Assembly (NCBI GenBank): GCA_026770705.1
Contig: JANJGN010000358.1
Location: forward strand, 310,001 to 374,000
Source of the DNA: Isurus oxyrinchus
Taxonomy: Eukaryota
Direction of reading: 5' to 3'
Length of the DNA stretch: 64,000 nt
In this document: piece by piece, positions 63,545 through 64,000 of the stretch
Numbering within the stretch: position 1 is the first letter of the stretch
How the letters are laid out: each line of letters begins with the position of its first letter
Program-made: the position numbers and the translations under genes
The notes under the pieces: generated by a model
What the model was told of the DNA's origin: nothing
What the model saw: the letters and a program-made list of their open reading frames with translations, nothing else
Databases searched by the model: none

Positions 63545-64000
63545 AAAGTACTGTGGATGCTGGAAATCTGAAGTAAAAACTCAGCATTTGGCAGCATCTA
63601 TGGAGAGAGAAACAGAGTCAACGTATCGAGTCCATGTGATCTTCTTCAGAGCTAAAGAGAAGCAGAAATGTTCACTGTTTTTATACTATTTACGAGGGCG
63701 TGGGGTGGAGCAGGTGGGGAAGTCAAGAGGAATTGGCAAAGATATTATGTTCACAAGACAAAGGGAGTGTTAATGGTAGCAGTAAGGGCTAAAATGCTGC
63801 TGATAGTTGCTTAAAGGTAAGAAAGCAGAATGTGTGAATAGCAGAATAAGAATCAGCACTCTGTGAAAGAACAACATACAGCAATGACAGATGGCCCTTT
63901 AGGGGCCTCTCTCCTCACCTTCCAAGTGCCCAAACATTCCTTTCAGGTGAAGCAGCGCGTCATGTGCACCTCCAATTTGGTCCATTTCATTCACTGCTCC
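63545..64000. mobile_element. Older inverted PLE copy: minus-strand terminus/3'UTR (63545-~63900) joined to plus-strand GIY-YIG region (63905-end), cut by the window edge
   Basis: GGATGCTGGAAATCTG terminus; 63907-64000 aligns with 36731-36827 (CCCAAACATTCCTTTCA.GTGAAGCAGC). Confidence 0.8.

Overview
Eukaryotic genomic DNA from a cartilaginous fish (shark-type sequence; Cmu1 closely resembles horn-shark IgM as I remember it). The core is one complete, unrearranged immunoglobulin heavy-chain cluster on the + strand: TATA, leader (26121), V-23RSS, 12-D1-22, 12-D2-12, 23-J, Cmu1-Cmu4 with secretory tail, TM1 and TM2 (ends 49656). D, J and C are IgM-type. The leader and V look IgW-type, so the cluster appears to be a germline chimera, and V carries a 1-nt frameshift. 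The J-C intron holds a 4-kb head-to-head Penelope-like retroelement palindrome (RT + GIY-YIG, 12-bp TSD). Its termini carry minimal hammerhead-ribozyme motifs that recur in ~200-bp fold-back mini-elements elsewhere in the window. Upstream is a ~9-kb 27/54-bp satellite whose unit resembles a 23-RSS, followed by decayed LINEs and SINEs; degenerate arrays of the same family also lie downstream of the cluster. The last 11 kb is a decaying, internally duplicated tRNA gene cluster. All calls were made by eye; family assignments rest on remembered consensus sequences and need database confirmation.
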